Source: Patescibacteria group bacterium (GTDB taxonomy: Bacteria; Patescibacteriota; Minisyncoccia; Phycocordibacterales; UBA918). From it: a stretch of DNA of 64,000 nucleotides. Both the position numbers and the translations under genes were made by a program. Position 1 is the stretch's first letter. The number at the start of each line of letters is the position of its first letter. The notes below the pieces were generated by a model. The model was not told the origin of the DNA, did not search any database, and saw only the letters and a list, made by a program, of their open reading frames with translations. Of this stretch, positions 9,313 through 17,966 are shown piece by piece. Location of the stretch: NCBI GenBank assembly GCA_038061715.1, contig JBBTYP010000003.1:12034-76033 (forward strand), written 5' to 3'.

Positions 9313-9768
9313 TTAGATAGCAGCTGACTCAAGACGGGCTTTGAATAAGCTTATGATTCCACTTTTCTCTAATTTATAATTCTTGCCGTTGAAAGCTATT
9401 GAAGTCCCCTCCTCTTTGGCTAAATAAACTAAAATTGGTACATATCTTACTGGTCCATCTTTACCGAAAAAAATTGCAGCTATTATCCTTAAGCCCCCTG
9501 ATTTATCGGATTTTGGTTTTGTAGTTACTTGTCGAAACTTACACACCTGCACTCTCCCGCCAGTCTCATCCACTTCTTCAAGTAAAACAGTTTTTGAGGT
9601 TGGCACATGGAATCTAGGGCTATTTCTTAATTCCCAAAACTTACCCACCAAAAATTTATGATGTGCTTTTACGTCGAGCTTAAGACTCTTTATCTTTTTT
9701 AAACGTTTTTCATCCAGCTTCAGGAACGGTCCTTCTGCAAATTCCATAAATTTAAGCAGCAAGCGCAA
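9313..9768 (-). CDS. Hypothetical protein, putative toxin partner (RelE/ParE-superfamily-like C-terminus), overlaps upstream gene by 17 nt
   Basis: 151 aa; GGLRIIAAIFFGKDGPVRYVPILVYLAK resembles RelE/HigB-type core; translational coupling with Panacea-like gene. Confidence 0.3.
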   Translation of the reverse strand: MRLLLKFMEFAEGPFLKLDEKRLKKIKSLKLDVKAHHKFLVGKFWELRNSPRFHVPTSKTVLLEEVDETGGRVQVCKFRQVTTKPKSDKSGGLRIIAAIFFGKDGPVRYVPILVYLAKEEGTSIAFNGKNYKLEKSGIISLFKARLESAAI

Positions 9769-10276
9769 ACAAACCTGTTTTCTGCAGTTTATTCAGAGAA
9801 ACCTCTTCGGGCTCCTCAGCAACATCCTCTTCATTAGAACGATATTGTGCGTTCTCAAAATCAACAAGGTGATGGTAATCAGCCATCAAATAAACTGGAT
9901 CCTGGTGAGCAAGGTGTACGATTTGATTAACATTCAATTCTGAATAGCGTAAACATGTATTTTCAATTGATTGAATTTTCTTTGCATCCAAAAACTTTAG
10001 CTCCATTTCTCCAGCACCTATAAAATTTCCATCTGTAATGGTGAGAAGATTCTCAGAAACTAACTCCTCGATTGCCTTTTGAGCAATTTTGTTTATTGGG
10101 GTTGGACCGAAGGTATTTTTAATATATGAAACACTAGTGAGTCTTTCATTAAATTTCTCAAAGTAATCAGCTTCACTGAAAAAGCACAATTTCCAAAGTT
10201 TTGTTTCTTTCAACATCCTTGGATGATTTGCTGCTATATACCAAATTAACTCTTTAAATTCTTCTTTCTTGCTCAT
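9752..10276 (-). CDS. Panacea-domain (DUF4065/SocA-like) putative antitoxin
   Basis: 174 aa; KLWKLCFFSEADYFEKFNERLTSVSYIKNTFGPTP matches KLqKLlYfa...GPv core of DUF4065. Confidence 0.45.
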   Translation of the reverse strand: MSKKEEFKELIWYIAANHPRMLKETKLWKLCFFSEADYFEKFNERLTSVSYIKNTFGPTPINKIAQKAIEELVSENLLTITDGNFIGAGEMELKFLDAKKIQSIENTCLRYSELNVNQIVHLAHQDPVYLMADYHHLVDFENAQYRSNEEDVAEEPEEVSLNKLQKTGLFALAA

Positions 10277-10452
10277 AGTTTTATTATACGCTAAATACTT
10301 AATAAGTTTTCAGCTTCTCCTGTTGACCCAACAGTACCATATAATTCATATTTGTCTAAGAAAAGCTTGGTATGTAGAGAGTTGGGTCATTTCTGTGCTC
10401 AAACATAGTTCTAACTTCCTCTGCACCGTCGTCCAACCTGGTGGTATGTTAT

Positions 10453-10491
10453 AAAAATACGGCCCCGTTCTCACAGGGCCGTTTTAGTTTA
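10453..10491. terminator. Bidirectional intrinsic terminator downstream of ParB-like gene
   Basis: aaaaat-acggccc-cgttctcaca-gggccgt-tttagttt. Confidence 0.6.
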
Positions 10492-10506
10492 AGATCAGGT
10501 TCCGAA

Positions 10507-11649
10507 TTACCTGGCGGCTCGTATGATACGAGCCGAGCGAGCAAGAATGGAAGCTATCCGCTCAAGATCGTCAGCGACAACTGCACCGTGTTGGATCGTA
10601 AGTTGTTTCAGATCACCGGTTATATTTTCGAGACTGAACAACGCTGTCACTCGTTGGGCTCGTTCGTCCAGGGTTAAGATCAAGCTTTTGCCCTGATCCC
10701 AGGAATCAGAAGGTTTCTTCTGCCTTGAAATACCTGAGGCTCGACGATGGTGACCAGCCCGGGCCATGAGTTTTTGAACTCCCAGATTACCTTTCTTGTA
10801 ATCAATAAATGCTTGTACTTGCTCTTCATCAGGGAGATCAGCGACTTGTTTGATGATCGAAAACGGAATTGATGGATTATCGGCAACATGTTCAAGAGCA
10901 TGTTGACACAATCGTTCGCCAGCAATTTTTCGATTCGATAACCACACCGAATTGTTTTGCCCCAGACTCTCGGACACCTGCGCCTGTGTAAAACGGACGC
11001 CAGTATCTGGACAGGGTTCAAGCAGCCGTCTTGCCAGATCGATTTCTTCCCAAGGAGTATGTCCTTCTCGATTGAAATTGGCCACTGCCGATGTGAGCAG
11101 AGCCTCGTTGCGACCCTTGTCCTTAGACGTCTGCACTGTCGCCCGGAAAGGAACGCCAGCGATCTTACAGGCTCGAAGCCGTCGTTCGCCATCTCGCAGC
11201 TCATACTTCCAATCAAGATCGGGAGTTTCAACAACCAAACCGGGTTGAACCTGCCCCCGATGTCTGATCGAATCTGCCAAGGCATTGATACGCTCCTGAT
11301 CAAAATGTTTCCGCGGCTGATCTGGCAGTGGTGCGATTTGATCAACGGGGATCTCCAGCACTCGATCACCAAGAGTGATGTGCTGAAGCGGCGTCTCCAC
11401 CTCCTCTATAACGACACCTCCATGGAATTCACATAAACCAGTTTCATAATCTAACTGACCTTTGCTCCGATCATTTTCAGGGAGCAATAAACACCTTCGA
11501 CACAAACGCCATTTTGATTTGCATTTGCTGCGGCAGCAACCGTCCTGGTTTTTAGAGACAATGCTTGTTAGTTGACGACAAATATCCAAAGTCGCCGGTA
11601 CATGTGTAAACACGCACTTATGTGTCTCAATAACTCTCTGTTCAGACAT
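10507..11649 (-). CDS. Stand-alone ParB-like nuclease-domain (ParB/Srx) protein with Cys-rich N-terminal region; gene is GC-rich relative to flanks
   Basis: 380 aa; IPVDQIAPLPDQPRKHFDQERINALADSIRHRGQVQPGLVV...LRDGERRLRACKIAG is the ParB N-terminal domain signature (GERRxRA); N-terminal ~90 aa has many Cys (CCRSKCKSKWRLCRRC). Confidence 0.7.
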   Translation of the reverse strand: MSEQRVIETHKCVFTHVPATLDICRQLTSIVSKNQDGCCRSKCKSKWRLCRRCLLLPENDRSKGQLDYETGLCEFHGGVVIEEVETPLQHITLGDRVLEIPVDQIAPLPDQPRKHFDQERINALADSIRHRGQVQPGLVVETPDLDWKYELRDGERRLRACKIAGVPFRATVQTSKDKGRNEALLTSAVANFNREGHTPWEEIDLARRLLEPCPDTGVRFTQAQVSESLGQNNSVWLSNRKIAGERLCQHALEHVADNPSIPFSIIKQVADLPDEEQVQAFIDYKKGNLGVQKLMARAGHHRRASGISRQKKPSDSWDQGKSLILTLDERAQRVTALFSLENITGDLKQLTIQHGAVVADDLERIASILARSARIIRAAR

Positions 11650-11809
11650 GTCAGCTCCTTTCGATTTGCTATTCCAGAGATACTTATACTCCCATCAATA
11701 TAGCGTGTCAACGTAACAGTAAACTAGTACTTAATTATTGCTTTAGCGCCAGTGGTAATGTTTGTTATCCAACCATACACTTCTGACAACCTCGTTGTAT
11801 ACTTTCACT

Positions 11810-12913
11810 ATGGAAAGATCCCGATTATTATTCCCGTTAGTAATTCTGAGCACCGTGGCCTTGCTCATGGGTGCTACAGTATATTTTTACTTCGAAGGCT
11901 TGGTCGAGCCAGCACCTACTCTAGAAGCTGTTCCCGTTCCATCATTAGAACTAAAAAAGCCTGGTGATTTAGATCTCGGCGGACTCTTTATGATTGGGCA
12001 CTGGGCTAACACACCAGTTGCGAGCACTACTGCTCTTATTAAAGAGCATCATTTTGGAGGAGTGATTATTATGAGCGGCCCAGGAGATCCACTGGAAATT
12101 GCAGAGTGGGTCAAGGAATGGAAGGCGGCAAGTGAGAGACCACTTATAATCGCTATTGACCAAGAGGGCGGCCCAGTTAGTCGACTTAAAGGGACTGGTT
12201 TTATCACAACTGGACAACGAGATATTGAAACGACTAAGGAAGCTTACCAAGTCGGGTTTAAGCGCGGGCAGGAGTTAGCCTCGCTTGGAATCAATATGAA
12301 CTTTGCTCCCGTGCTTGATACCGCTAAGAATCCTGATTCTTTTATGTTTGAGCGGGTGTTCCCAGACGGCAGCGAAGCTGCCGCCCTCGCCGTCGCCATG
12401 GGTAAAGGTATGGAAGATGCAGGAGTGACCCCCGTTGCCAAACACTTCCCCGGCCATGACGACACTACCGATGATTCTCACTTCACCCTACCAACCGTCT
12501 CGATTTCAAAAAACGAACTGCCAGATTTCACAACGAACTTCACCGACTATTTAAAAACTGAACCTTTGGCTCTAATGACGGCGCATGTACTTTTCCCCCA
12601 GATTGATAGCTACCCCGCCACTCTGTCTCACTTCTTTCTCACCGATTATCTGCGGGGTGAACTAAAATTCGCGGGTGTAATTGTGACAGACGACATGAGC
12701 ATGAACGCTATCGATAGTACGTGGTCAACCGACCAAGCTGCCTTAATTTCACTTCAGGCCGGCGCTGATCTTATCCTATTTGCGGCGGAGCCAAACTCGG
12801 CCCTAACCGCGCTGAAACGCCTTGAGTTTGCCGTCGCAACGGGCGAGCTAACGGCAGCTGACGCGGAAGCTAAAAACACTCGAATTGACTCTTTGCGTCA
12901 GCCTTTGGATTGA
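11810..12913 (+). CDS. nagZ: Beta-N-acetylhexosaminidase, glycoside hydrolase family 3 N-terminal domain (NagZ-like), membrane-anchored
   Basis: KHFPGHDDTTDDSH and VIVTDDMSM motifs of GH3/NagZ; start placed at in-frame ATG (MERSRLLFPL...) rather than upstream TTG at 11762. Confidence 0.75.
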   Translation: MERSRLLFPLVILSTVALLMGATVYFYFEGLVEPAPTLEAVPVPSLELKKPGDLDLGGLFMIGHWANTPVASTTALIKEHHFGGVIIMSGPGDPLEIAEWVKEWKAASERPLIIAIDQEGGPVSRLKGTGFITTGQRDIETTKEAYQVGFKRGQELASLGINMNFAPVLDTAKNPDSFMFERVFPDGSEAAALAVAMGKGMEDAGVTPVAKHFPGHDDTTDDSHFTLPTVSISKNELPDFTTNFTDYLKTEPLALMTAHVLFPQIDSYPATLSHFFLTDYLRGELKFAGVIVTDDMSMNAIDSTWSTDQAALISLQAGADLILFAAEPNSALTALKRLEFAVATGELTAADAEAKNTRIDSLRQPLD

Positions 12914-12985
12914 TCCTCCCATCTGGTGCTTAAAATCTAGAAAAAACAAAAGGCCCTAACAGGCCCCTTGTTTAGGTAGGCAAAC

Positions 12986-13192
12986 CTACTTACACATTGT
13001 GCAGCTCTTCTTGTGTGTGAGTAGTTCGTAAACAGCTGAGAGACCGACCAAAATGTAAATGGCTTTGGTAAGGTTACCTTCACCAAAAATAGTTGTGACT
13101 AGATTCAATTCGAATGCTCCGACCAGGAGCCAGTTAAGACCTCCCACCACCAACAGAATAAACGTTACCATGTGTAGAGCTTTACTATTCAT
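12986..13192 (-). CDS. DUF378-family small membrane protein
   Basis: 68 aa; VVGGLNWLLVGAF...IYILVGLSAVYEL typical of DUF378. Confidence 0.6.
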   Translation of the reverse strand: MNSKALHMVTFILLVVGGLNWLLVGAFELNLVTTIFGEGNLTKAIYILVGLSAVYELLTHKKSCTMCK

Positions 13193-13259
13193 AGATTATT
13201 ATTATCTAATTAAAGTCTGGTAAGACATATTAATTATACTCCTGGTCTAAAATAAAACA

Positions 13260-13733
13260 CTACTCCTGGTGCGTTTCCGTTAGAGGGAAGACTCTCCTAC
13301 CAAGCAGTACCGCCCTAACTTCAGCCAAAACCTGCTTGGAATTTTGGTGTGTAACTAGATCTTCAGCCTCACTAAGAGAGCACCAACGTAACTCCTTAAT
13401 TTCACGGGGTTGGGAAATATGAGTCTTTTGGTTTCGACAATAACCTAGATAATATTTGACGGTCTTTTCAATCTTTACCCCTTCGTGAATGAAAGAATAA
13501 CTGATGATATGGCTGCTTCCTTCGTCAAGAAGAATTTCAATCAGACCAGTTTCTTCTTGGAGTTCCCGCCTGGCGGCCTCGACCGGAGTTTCGTTTTCTT
13601 CGGCATGCCCTTTGGGGAAAATCCAAAAGTCATCGCCCCGATAAGACACTTGATGTACCAAGAGGACTTCCCAAACCCCGTCTTTTTCAAAGACTGGCAC
13701 TACGCCATAGGAGTTATCGATTTTAATTTCCAT
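13260..13733 (-). CDS. NUDIX hydrolase
   Basis: Nudix box GHAEENETPVEAARRELQEETGL (Gx5Ex7REUxEExGU). Confidence 0.85.
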   Translation of the reverse strand: MEIKIDNSYGVVPVFEKDGVWEVLLVHQVSYRGDDFWIFPKGHAEENETPVEAARRELQEETGLIEILLDEGSSHIISYSFIHEGVKIEKTVKYYLGYCRNQKTHISQPREIKELRWCSLSEAEDLVTHQNSKQVLAEVRAVLLGRRVFPLTETHQE

Positions 13734-13849
13734 CAGGTAAGTATAGCTGTTTTATTTTGTGGGGGTAAGTAACTAAGCGGAGATGGAGTTGGTCACGAAT
13801 CACTAAGTATATTTGTTCGGCTCCGCCTCCAAATCTACTAAGTGTTCTC

Positions 13850-13951
13850 GAATCTTACAGATTCTGTACACCTTGTCGCTATTTTATTTCTCCTCACTCA
13901 TAAAATTGCTGGCAAGGTCTTGCGAAATGGGTCCCACCCCATTTCTCACCC
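13850..13951. repeat. Copy 1 of a ~90-100 bp intergenic repeat family: palindrome GAATCTTACAGATTC, core ACAAAATAGCTGGCAAGG..CTTGCGAAA, second hairpin, terminal TCACCC
   Basis: Shares order and conserved blocks with 23498-23585 and 23905-23994; hairpin 2 here aaatggg-tcccac-cccattt. Confidence 0.7.
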
Positions 13952-14077
13952 AGCTCGTCTGTTCACTATCGCTCACATGACTGCGCTTTTCAACTCCAGC
14001 CGAACGACGCGCAGGCGTCGTTCTTCCTGGACACCATTAAAACAAAAGCCGCACATACGTGCGACTGATGTTTTATA

Positions 14078-14164
14078 TGGTGTCCAGGACTGGAGTTGAA
14101 CCAGCATGCCCGTGAAGGCGCTACCACCTCAAGGTAGTGCGTCTACCAATTTCGCCACCTGGAC
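14078..14164 (-). tRNA. tRNA-Leu (GAG), type II with long variable arm, CCA encoded
   Basis: RC folds: acceptor GTCCAGG/CCTGGAC, D-arm GCG-AAATTGGTAGA-CGC, anticodon stem CTACC/GGTAG loop TTGAGGT, T-loop TTCAACT. Confidence 0.85.
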
Positions 14165-14272
14165 ATTGGTACCTCTTTTCGAAGTGGCGCCATTATGGAC
14201 TACTATTTCAAATATTTCAACCTAAAATATTAAAAGCGGCGACCCTAAGAGTCGCCGCTTTTAATTAAGGTA

Positions 14273-14869
14273 TTAGTCCTTCTTCTCTTCTTCGGTTGTC
14301 TCTGGAGTTTCGATTACTTCAGTAGCTTCAGCTACTTCAGTTGTAAGTTCTTCAACTGCAGCTGCGGCTTCAGCCGCCTTAGCTTCTTCTGCTGCTAGCT
14401 TTGCTGCAGCGGCCTCTTCTGCTTCCTTAGCAGCGGCTGCAGCTTTCTTGGTTTCTTCGGCAGCACGAGCAGTTGACTCGATACCTGATTCGGTCGACAT
14501 TGAGACTAAACTCATACGACGCATTTGTCGTTTCACTTCACGCGCTACCTTCTCACGAATGTAGTAGAGCTTGGCACGACGTACCTTGGCGCGCTTGACA
14601 ATTTCTAGCTTGTCAATCATTGGTGAGTAAAGTGGATAGATCTTTTCGATTCCAATTCCACCCGACATTTTACGAACAGTAAAAGTGGCCCCTGGCTCAT
14701 CACCATGCTTGCGTGCCAATACGAGACCTTCAAAAATCTGAATGCGGGTCTTACCCTTATCTTGAATCTTTTGGTGCACTCGAACAGTATCTCCCGCGCG
14801 GAGGCCGAGAGATTGTCGCTCTTCCATATTTACCGGTGACACTGCCACCCCTTCCATGACTGCTTTCAT
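14273..14869 (-). CDS. rplS: 50S ribosomal protein L19 with C-terminal Ala/Glu-rich low-complexity extension
   Basis: GDTVRVHQKIQDKGKTRIQIFEGLVLARKH...TFTVRKMSGGIGIEKIYPLYSPMIDKLEIVKRAKVRRAKLYY is the L19 signature; ~80-aa acidic/alanine tail. Confidence 0.85.
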   Translation of the reverse strand: MKAVMEGVAVSPVNMEERQSLGLRAGDTVRVHQKIQDKGKTRIQIFEGLVLARKHGDEPGATFTVRKMSGGIGIEKIYPLYSPMIDKLEIVKRAKVRRAKLYYIREKVAREVKRQMRRMSLVSMSTESGIESTARAAEETKKAAAAAKEAEEAAAAKLAAEEAKAAEAAAAVEELTTEVAEATEVIETPETTEEEKKD

Positions 14870-14925
14870 AATAATAATTTAATCAATAGGTCCTTTAAAC
14901 GTGCCACAATCTACCACAAAGGACC

Positions 14926-15687
14926 TTATTCTGCAATACGCTCAGCAGCTTCCTCAAAAGCTTGAGGAACGGGGGCGATGAAGCGTTCGCTTTGACCGTT
15001 CGGGAGTGTTAATTCTAGCTGGTGGGCATGGAGCGCCATCCGCGACAACCCTAAATTGTTAGATTTTTCTATGACATGGGTGGCATACAGTTCATCTTGT
15101 ACAATTGGTCGGTCAATAGCACGTAAGTGCACTCGGAGCTGGTGGGTTCTCCCTGTTTTAGGAATCAATTTCAGGTACGAAAATGCCTCGCCTTCGTATT
15201 CACCCATGCCAATCCGTTCAATGTCAGTAATAGCTTCTCGCAACATGCCCTTGGCGCCCTTCATGGCGGAGCGCAAACGGTGATCCTTGGTACTGCGACC
15301 AATCGGACGATTAATTGTTCCCCAACGATCGTGAATCCGACCGTAAACAAAGGCTCTATATTCTTTATAGACATTCCTGTCTTTGAATTGCTGCTTTAGA
15401 AAAGTGTAGGCCGCTTGGTGTTTAGCCAAAATAAGCACGCCTGAAGTCTCACGATCGAGTCGGTGTACGATCCCCGAGCGGTCTAGAATTTCTCCCTTTA
15501 CTGAATAACCCGGTTCACCAACTCCAGCTGCTGCTGGCTCGCGACACAAAAACCACTCCACTACAGTGGGTGTATTTTCTGTCTTTCCGTCCCCATGCAC
15601 CATCCAGCCTTCGGGCTTATTGATAACCAGGACGTCGTTGTCTTCATATAAAATAGCTGGCTCTTTCATGATTGCCAGTATACGCAT
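14926..15687 (-). CDS. RluA-family pseudouridine synthase
   Basis: HRLDRETSGVLILAK catalytic-Asp motif of RluA/RluD family. Confidence 0.8.
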   Translation of the reverse strand: MRILAIMKEPAILYEDNDVLVINKPEGWMVHGDGKTENTPTVVEWFLCREPAAAGVGEPGYSVKGEILDRSGIVHRLDRETSGVLILAKHQAAYTFLKQQFKDRNVYKEYRAFVYGRIHDRWGTINRPIGRSTKDHRLRSAMKGAKGMLREAITDIERIGMGEYEGEAFSYLKLIPKTGRTHQLRVHLRAIDRPIVQDELYATHVIEKSNNLGLSRMALHAHQLELTLPNGQSERFIAPVPQAFEEAAERIAE

Positions 15688-15705
15688 TATTTTGTATTTG
15701 TCAGG

Positions 15706-15978
15706 TTAATGTCTTACCGAAAATTCAGAGTGAGTCCCGGACACACTACACCAATCAATCCCCACGCTCTCTACGTGAGCCAATGATGAGCCTTCGTTTA
15801 GATATTCCACAAACTCTTTTAAAACATCAGGCAGACCTTGGGCCAAGACGAACACCGTTCCGTCAGTATTATTTTTGACGTACCCCACTAGAGCCAGGTT
15901 GGTGGCCGCCTCTTGCACATAAGCTCGATAAGCTACTCCTTGAACCTTCCCTATAACTACCGCCTGTAATTCAATCAT
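15706..15978 (-). CDS. acyP: Acylphosphatase
   Basis: 90 aa; VIGKVQGVAYRAYV...GYVKNNTDGTV matches acylphosphatase signatures. Confidence 0.8.
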   Translation of the reverse strand: MIELQAVVIGKVQGVAYRAYVQEAATNLALVGYVKNNTDGTVFVLAQGLPDVLKEFVEYLNEGSSLAHVESVGIDWCSVSGTHSEFSVRH

Positions 15979-16330
15979 ATGAAGGTTAGTATAACCCTCG
16001 ACGAAATTTAATACAGAGTTCGGCCTTGCATTTTGCTTGAAACCGAACTATAAAAGATAAGGAGCCACCAGGGAGTACCAAAATGCAATACAATCCTCAT
16101 CTAGAGGTTATGTATCCTAGCCGCAAGGCTAAACGGGCAGAGCGGCGGCAGTTTCTCAAACAGCCTCCCCACCCCAGTCCACAATCCGATCGGCCTTGCA
16201 CACTACCAAACATTTCTCGCTCTTCTCGCTAAGAACTCGATCTTTTACGGCCGGTCCCTCCAGGATCGGCCGTCGCTATTGAATTATTTTTAAAAACCAG
16301 TACTATATTGCCACGCAAATACATTTATTT

Positions 16331-16403
16331 GCGCGATTAGCTCAGTTGGTAGAGCAGCGCATTTACACTGCGAAGGTCGGGAGTTCGAGCCTCTCATCGC
16401 GCA
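16331..16403 (+). tRNA. tRNA-Val (TAC)
   Basis: Acceptor GCGCGAT/ATCGCGC, D-arm GCTC-AGTTGGTA-GAGC, anticodon loop TTTACAC, T-arm GGGAG-TTCGAGC-CTCTC; one G-A mismatch at 27-43. Confidence 0.8.
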
Positions 16404-16410
16404 CTTCTAG

Positions 16411-16446
16411 AAAACAGTCGCGGGCCTTAGCCCGCGACTGTTTTCG
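16411..16446. terminator. Intrinsic terminator after tRNA-Val
   Basis: aaaacagtcgcgggc-ctta-gcccgcgactgtttt. Confidence 0.7.
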
Positions 16447-16479
16447 TTTTGTAACTTTTTTTGGTATGGTTATCCCACT

Positions 16480-16551
16480 GCTTCCATAGTTCAATGGATA
16501 GAACAGGAGACTTCTAAGCTCTTGATGTAGGTTCGATTCCTACTGGAAGCA
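16480..16551 (+). tRNA. tRNA-Arg (TCT)
   Basis: Acceptor GCTTCCA/TGGAAGC, D-arm GTTC-AATGGATA-GAAC, anticodon loop CTTCTAA, T-arm GTAGG-TTCGATT-CCTAC. Confidence 0.8.
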
Positions 16552-16604
16552 CAGTCTAGCGAGACCTACTGAGAGGCTACAAGGCCTCGTAAACAGCGAT
16601 ATGT

Positions 16605-16652
16605 CTACAAAACAAAACCGAACGCAGATTTGCGTTCGGTTTTGTTTTGTAG
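16605..16652. terminator. 22-bp perfect inverted repeat hairpin between convergent tRNA cluster and minus-strand cassette
   Basis: ctacaaaacaaaaccgaacgca-gattt-tgcgttcggttttgttttgtag. Confidence 0.55.
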
Positions 16653-16739
16653 ATGTCAGTCTATTGGTAAGTCTGAATAAAGTCCCAAACATCTTTGTTC
16701 ATCCAACCATGACGCAACCCCTCTAGAGAGGAGGGTTTG

Positions 16740-17513
16740 TTACCAAAGAATCCTTACAATTTCTCCCAGTAACACATCCATATCTTGAGAAAAATTTACT
16801 TGTGTTTTTGTTGGCAAAACCTCCTTCTTTTGAATTGTTGTGTGAAGGTGACCATCAGCTATTTTCCGTGAGGAATTTTGAAGGTGATTAAATGTTTCCT
16901 TAATACTTTTTGCAGTTTTGAAATTGTTTGCTACTTTAGTAAAAGTCTGATACCCAAATATCGGAGCAACATGGTCTAACACGGTTCGTACCAGAAGTAT
17001 CGTGGAAATGTAATTCTTGTTTGCATAGTTAAAATTAATTTCTTCGCAAATTCGAACTAAGCGACTCAAATCGAAATCGTTACTTTTTACTACCTTAAGT
17101 TGGTTAATACGCTCTGGATCAATATAAATAGAGTTGTGATCTGGTGTTTGTTTTTGGGTGAGTGACTTAGCTGCTTCTGGTCTAGCTAATTTTGCGGCAT
17201 CACAATCAGAAAGCGCTAACTCAATTTCAATTAATCGGAGCCTGTCCGTTGGGATCATCCACGTGTCCTTCCGTACCAATCGTACTCGGGTGTCTTTCTT
17301 TAAAGTTGCACGAACAAAATCACTACGGATATTACCCAGTCCAGCAGAGGCGTATGCAAATTTCAAATCTTTGAGTGCAGCGTTACCACCACCGTACTTC
17401 GAAAAAAAATACAAAAAGCAAAGAATGCGTTTAGCTCGAGTATCGACATACTCGAGTGCGCATTTTGTAAACTCTGCCAAATCGTAACTATCTTCCATAA
17501 AGCATGTTCTCAA
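16740..17513 (-). CDS. Hypothetical protein, possible HEPN-like C-terminal domain (Rx4H motif RTVLDH); last gene of 4-gene cassette
   Basis: 257 aa; no recognisable family; ...ISTILLVRTVLDHVAPIFG... fits HEPN Rx4-6H; overlaps upstream gene by 26 nt. Confidence 0.3.
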   Translation of the reverse strand: MRTCFMEDSYDLAEFTKCALEYVDTRAKRILCFLYFFSKYGGGNAALKDLKFAYASAGLGNIRSDFVRATLKKDTRVRLVRKDTWMIPTDRLRLIEIELALSDCDAAKLARPEAAKSLTQKQTPDHNSIYIDPERINQLKVVKSNDFDLSRLVRICEEINFNYANKNYISTILLVRTVLDHVAPIFGYQTFTKVANNFKTAKSIKETFNHLQNSSRKIADGHLHTTIQKKEVLPTKTQVNFSQDMDVLLGEIVRILW

Positions 17514-17964
17514 AGTATTTTATTCCCTGCCTGTTTAAACGATATGGGGTTGGCAGACCATTTTTCCTTACTTTTGCACTTTCAAGGTAGGATCGAAGTT
17601 CCTTGAGCTTAGTCGAAGCGTTGGATGATTTAACTTTTATGCCCAGCTCAGAGGTGATGTGCTCTATATTGCCACTAGTTAGCCATATGTTGTTGAAGTA
17701 TTTATGCGAAATGTATAAACACATTAAGACCTTGGCCTCCATACTTTTAGCATCCAACACCTTCTGTTGCAGTAACTCGCTCTCTTCACAGTCGTTCACT
17801 CTGTTTGCAATTGCCAGAGTCATGTCTTGTTCATCCCGGTTTTCTGTGTCGTCTTTATTTATTGCTGGTGTTGTAGAAGAAAGTCCTCCCTCGAGAAGAC
17901 TTACTCGTTGTTCAAGGTCTTCAAGTCGTTGAAGAAAATCTGCTGGGGTAGTCATAACTTTCAC
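17488..17964 (-). CDS. Hypothetical protein (N-terminal coiled coil, C-terminal winged-helix-like region)
   Basis: 158 aa; translationally coupled within cassette. Confidence 0.3.
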   Translation of the reverse strand: MKVMTTPADFLQRLEDLEQRVSLLEGGLSSTTPAINKDDTENRDEQDMTLAIANRVNDCEESELLQQKVLDAKSMEAKVLMCLYISHKYFNNIWLTSGNIEHITSELGIKVKSSNASTKLKELRSYLESAKVRKNGLPTPYRLNRQGIKYFENMLYGR

Positions 17965-17966
17965 AA

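Noticed and set aside
10680-11436. Antisense and alternative-frame ORFs (10680-11372, 10952-11248, 10957-11436) inside the ParB-like gene
   Set aside because: They are products of the GC-rich composition. They have no motifs and conflict with the strongly supported ParB-domain frame.
13850-13951. Interpreting the repeat family as sigma70 promoters (TTGCCA as -35)
   Set aside because: No -10 hexamer lies at 16-18 bp spacing in any copy, so promoter function is not supported by sequence alone.
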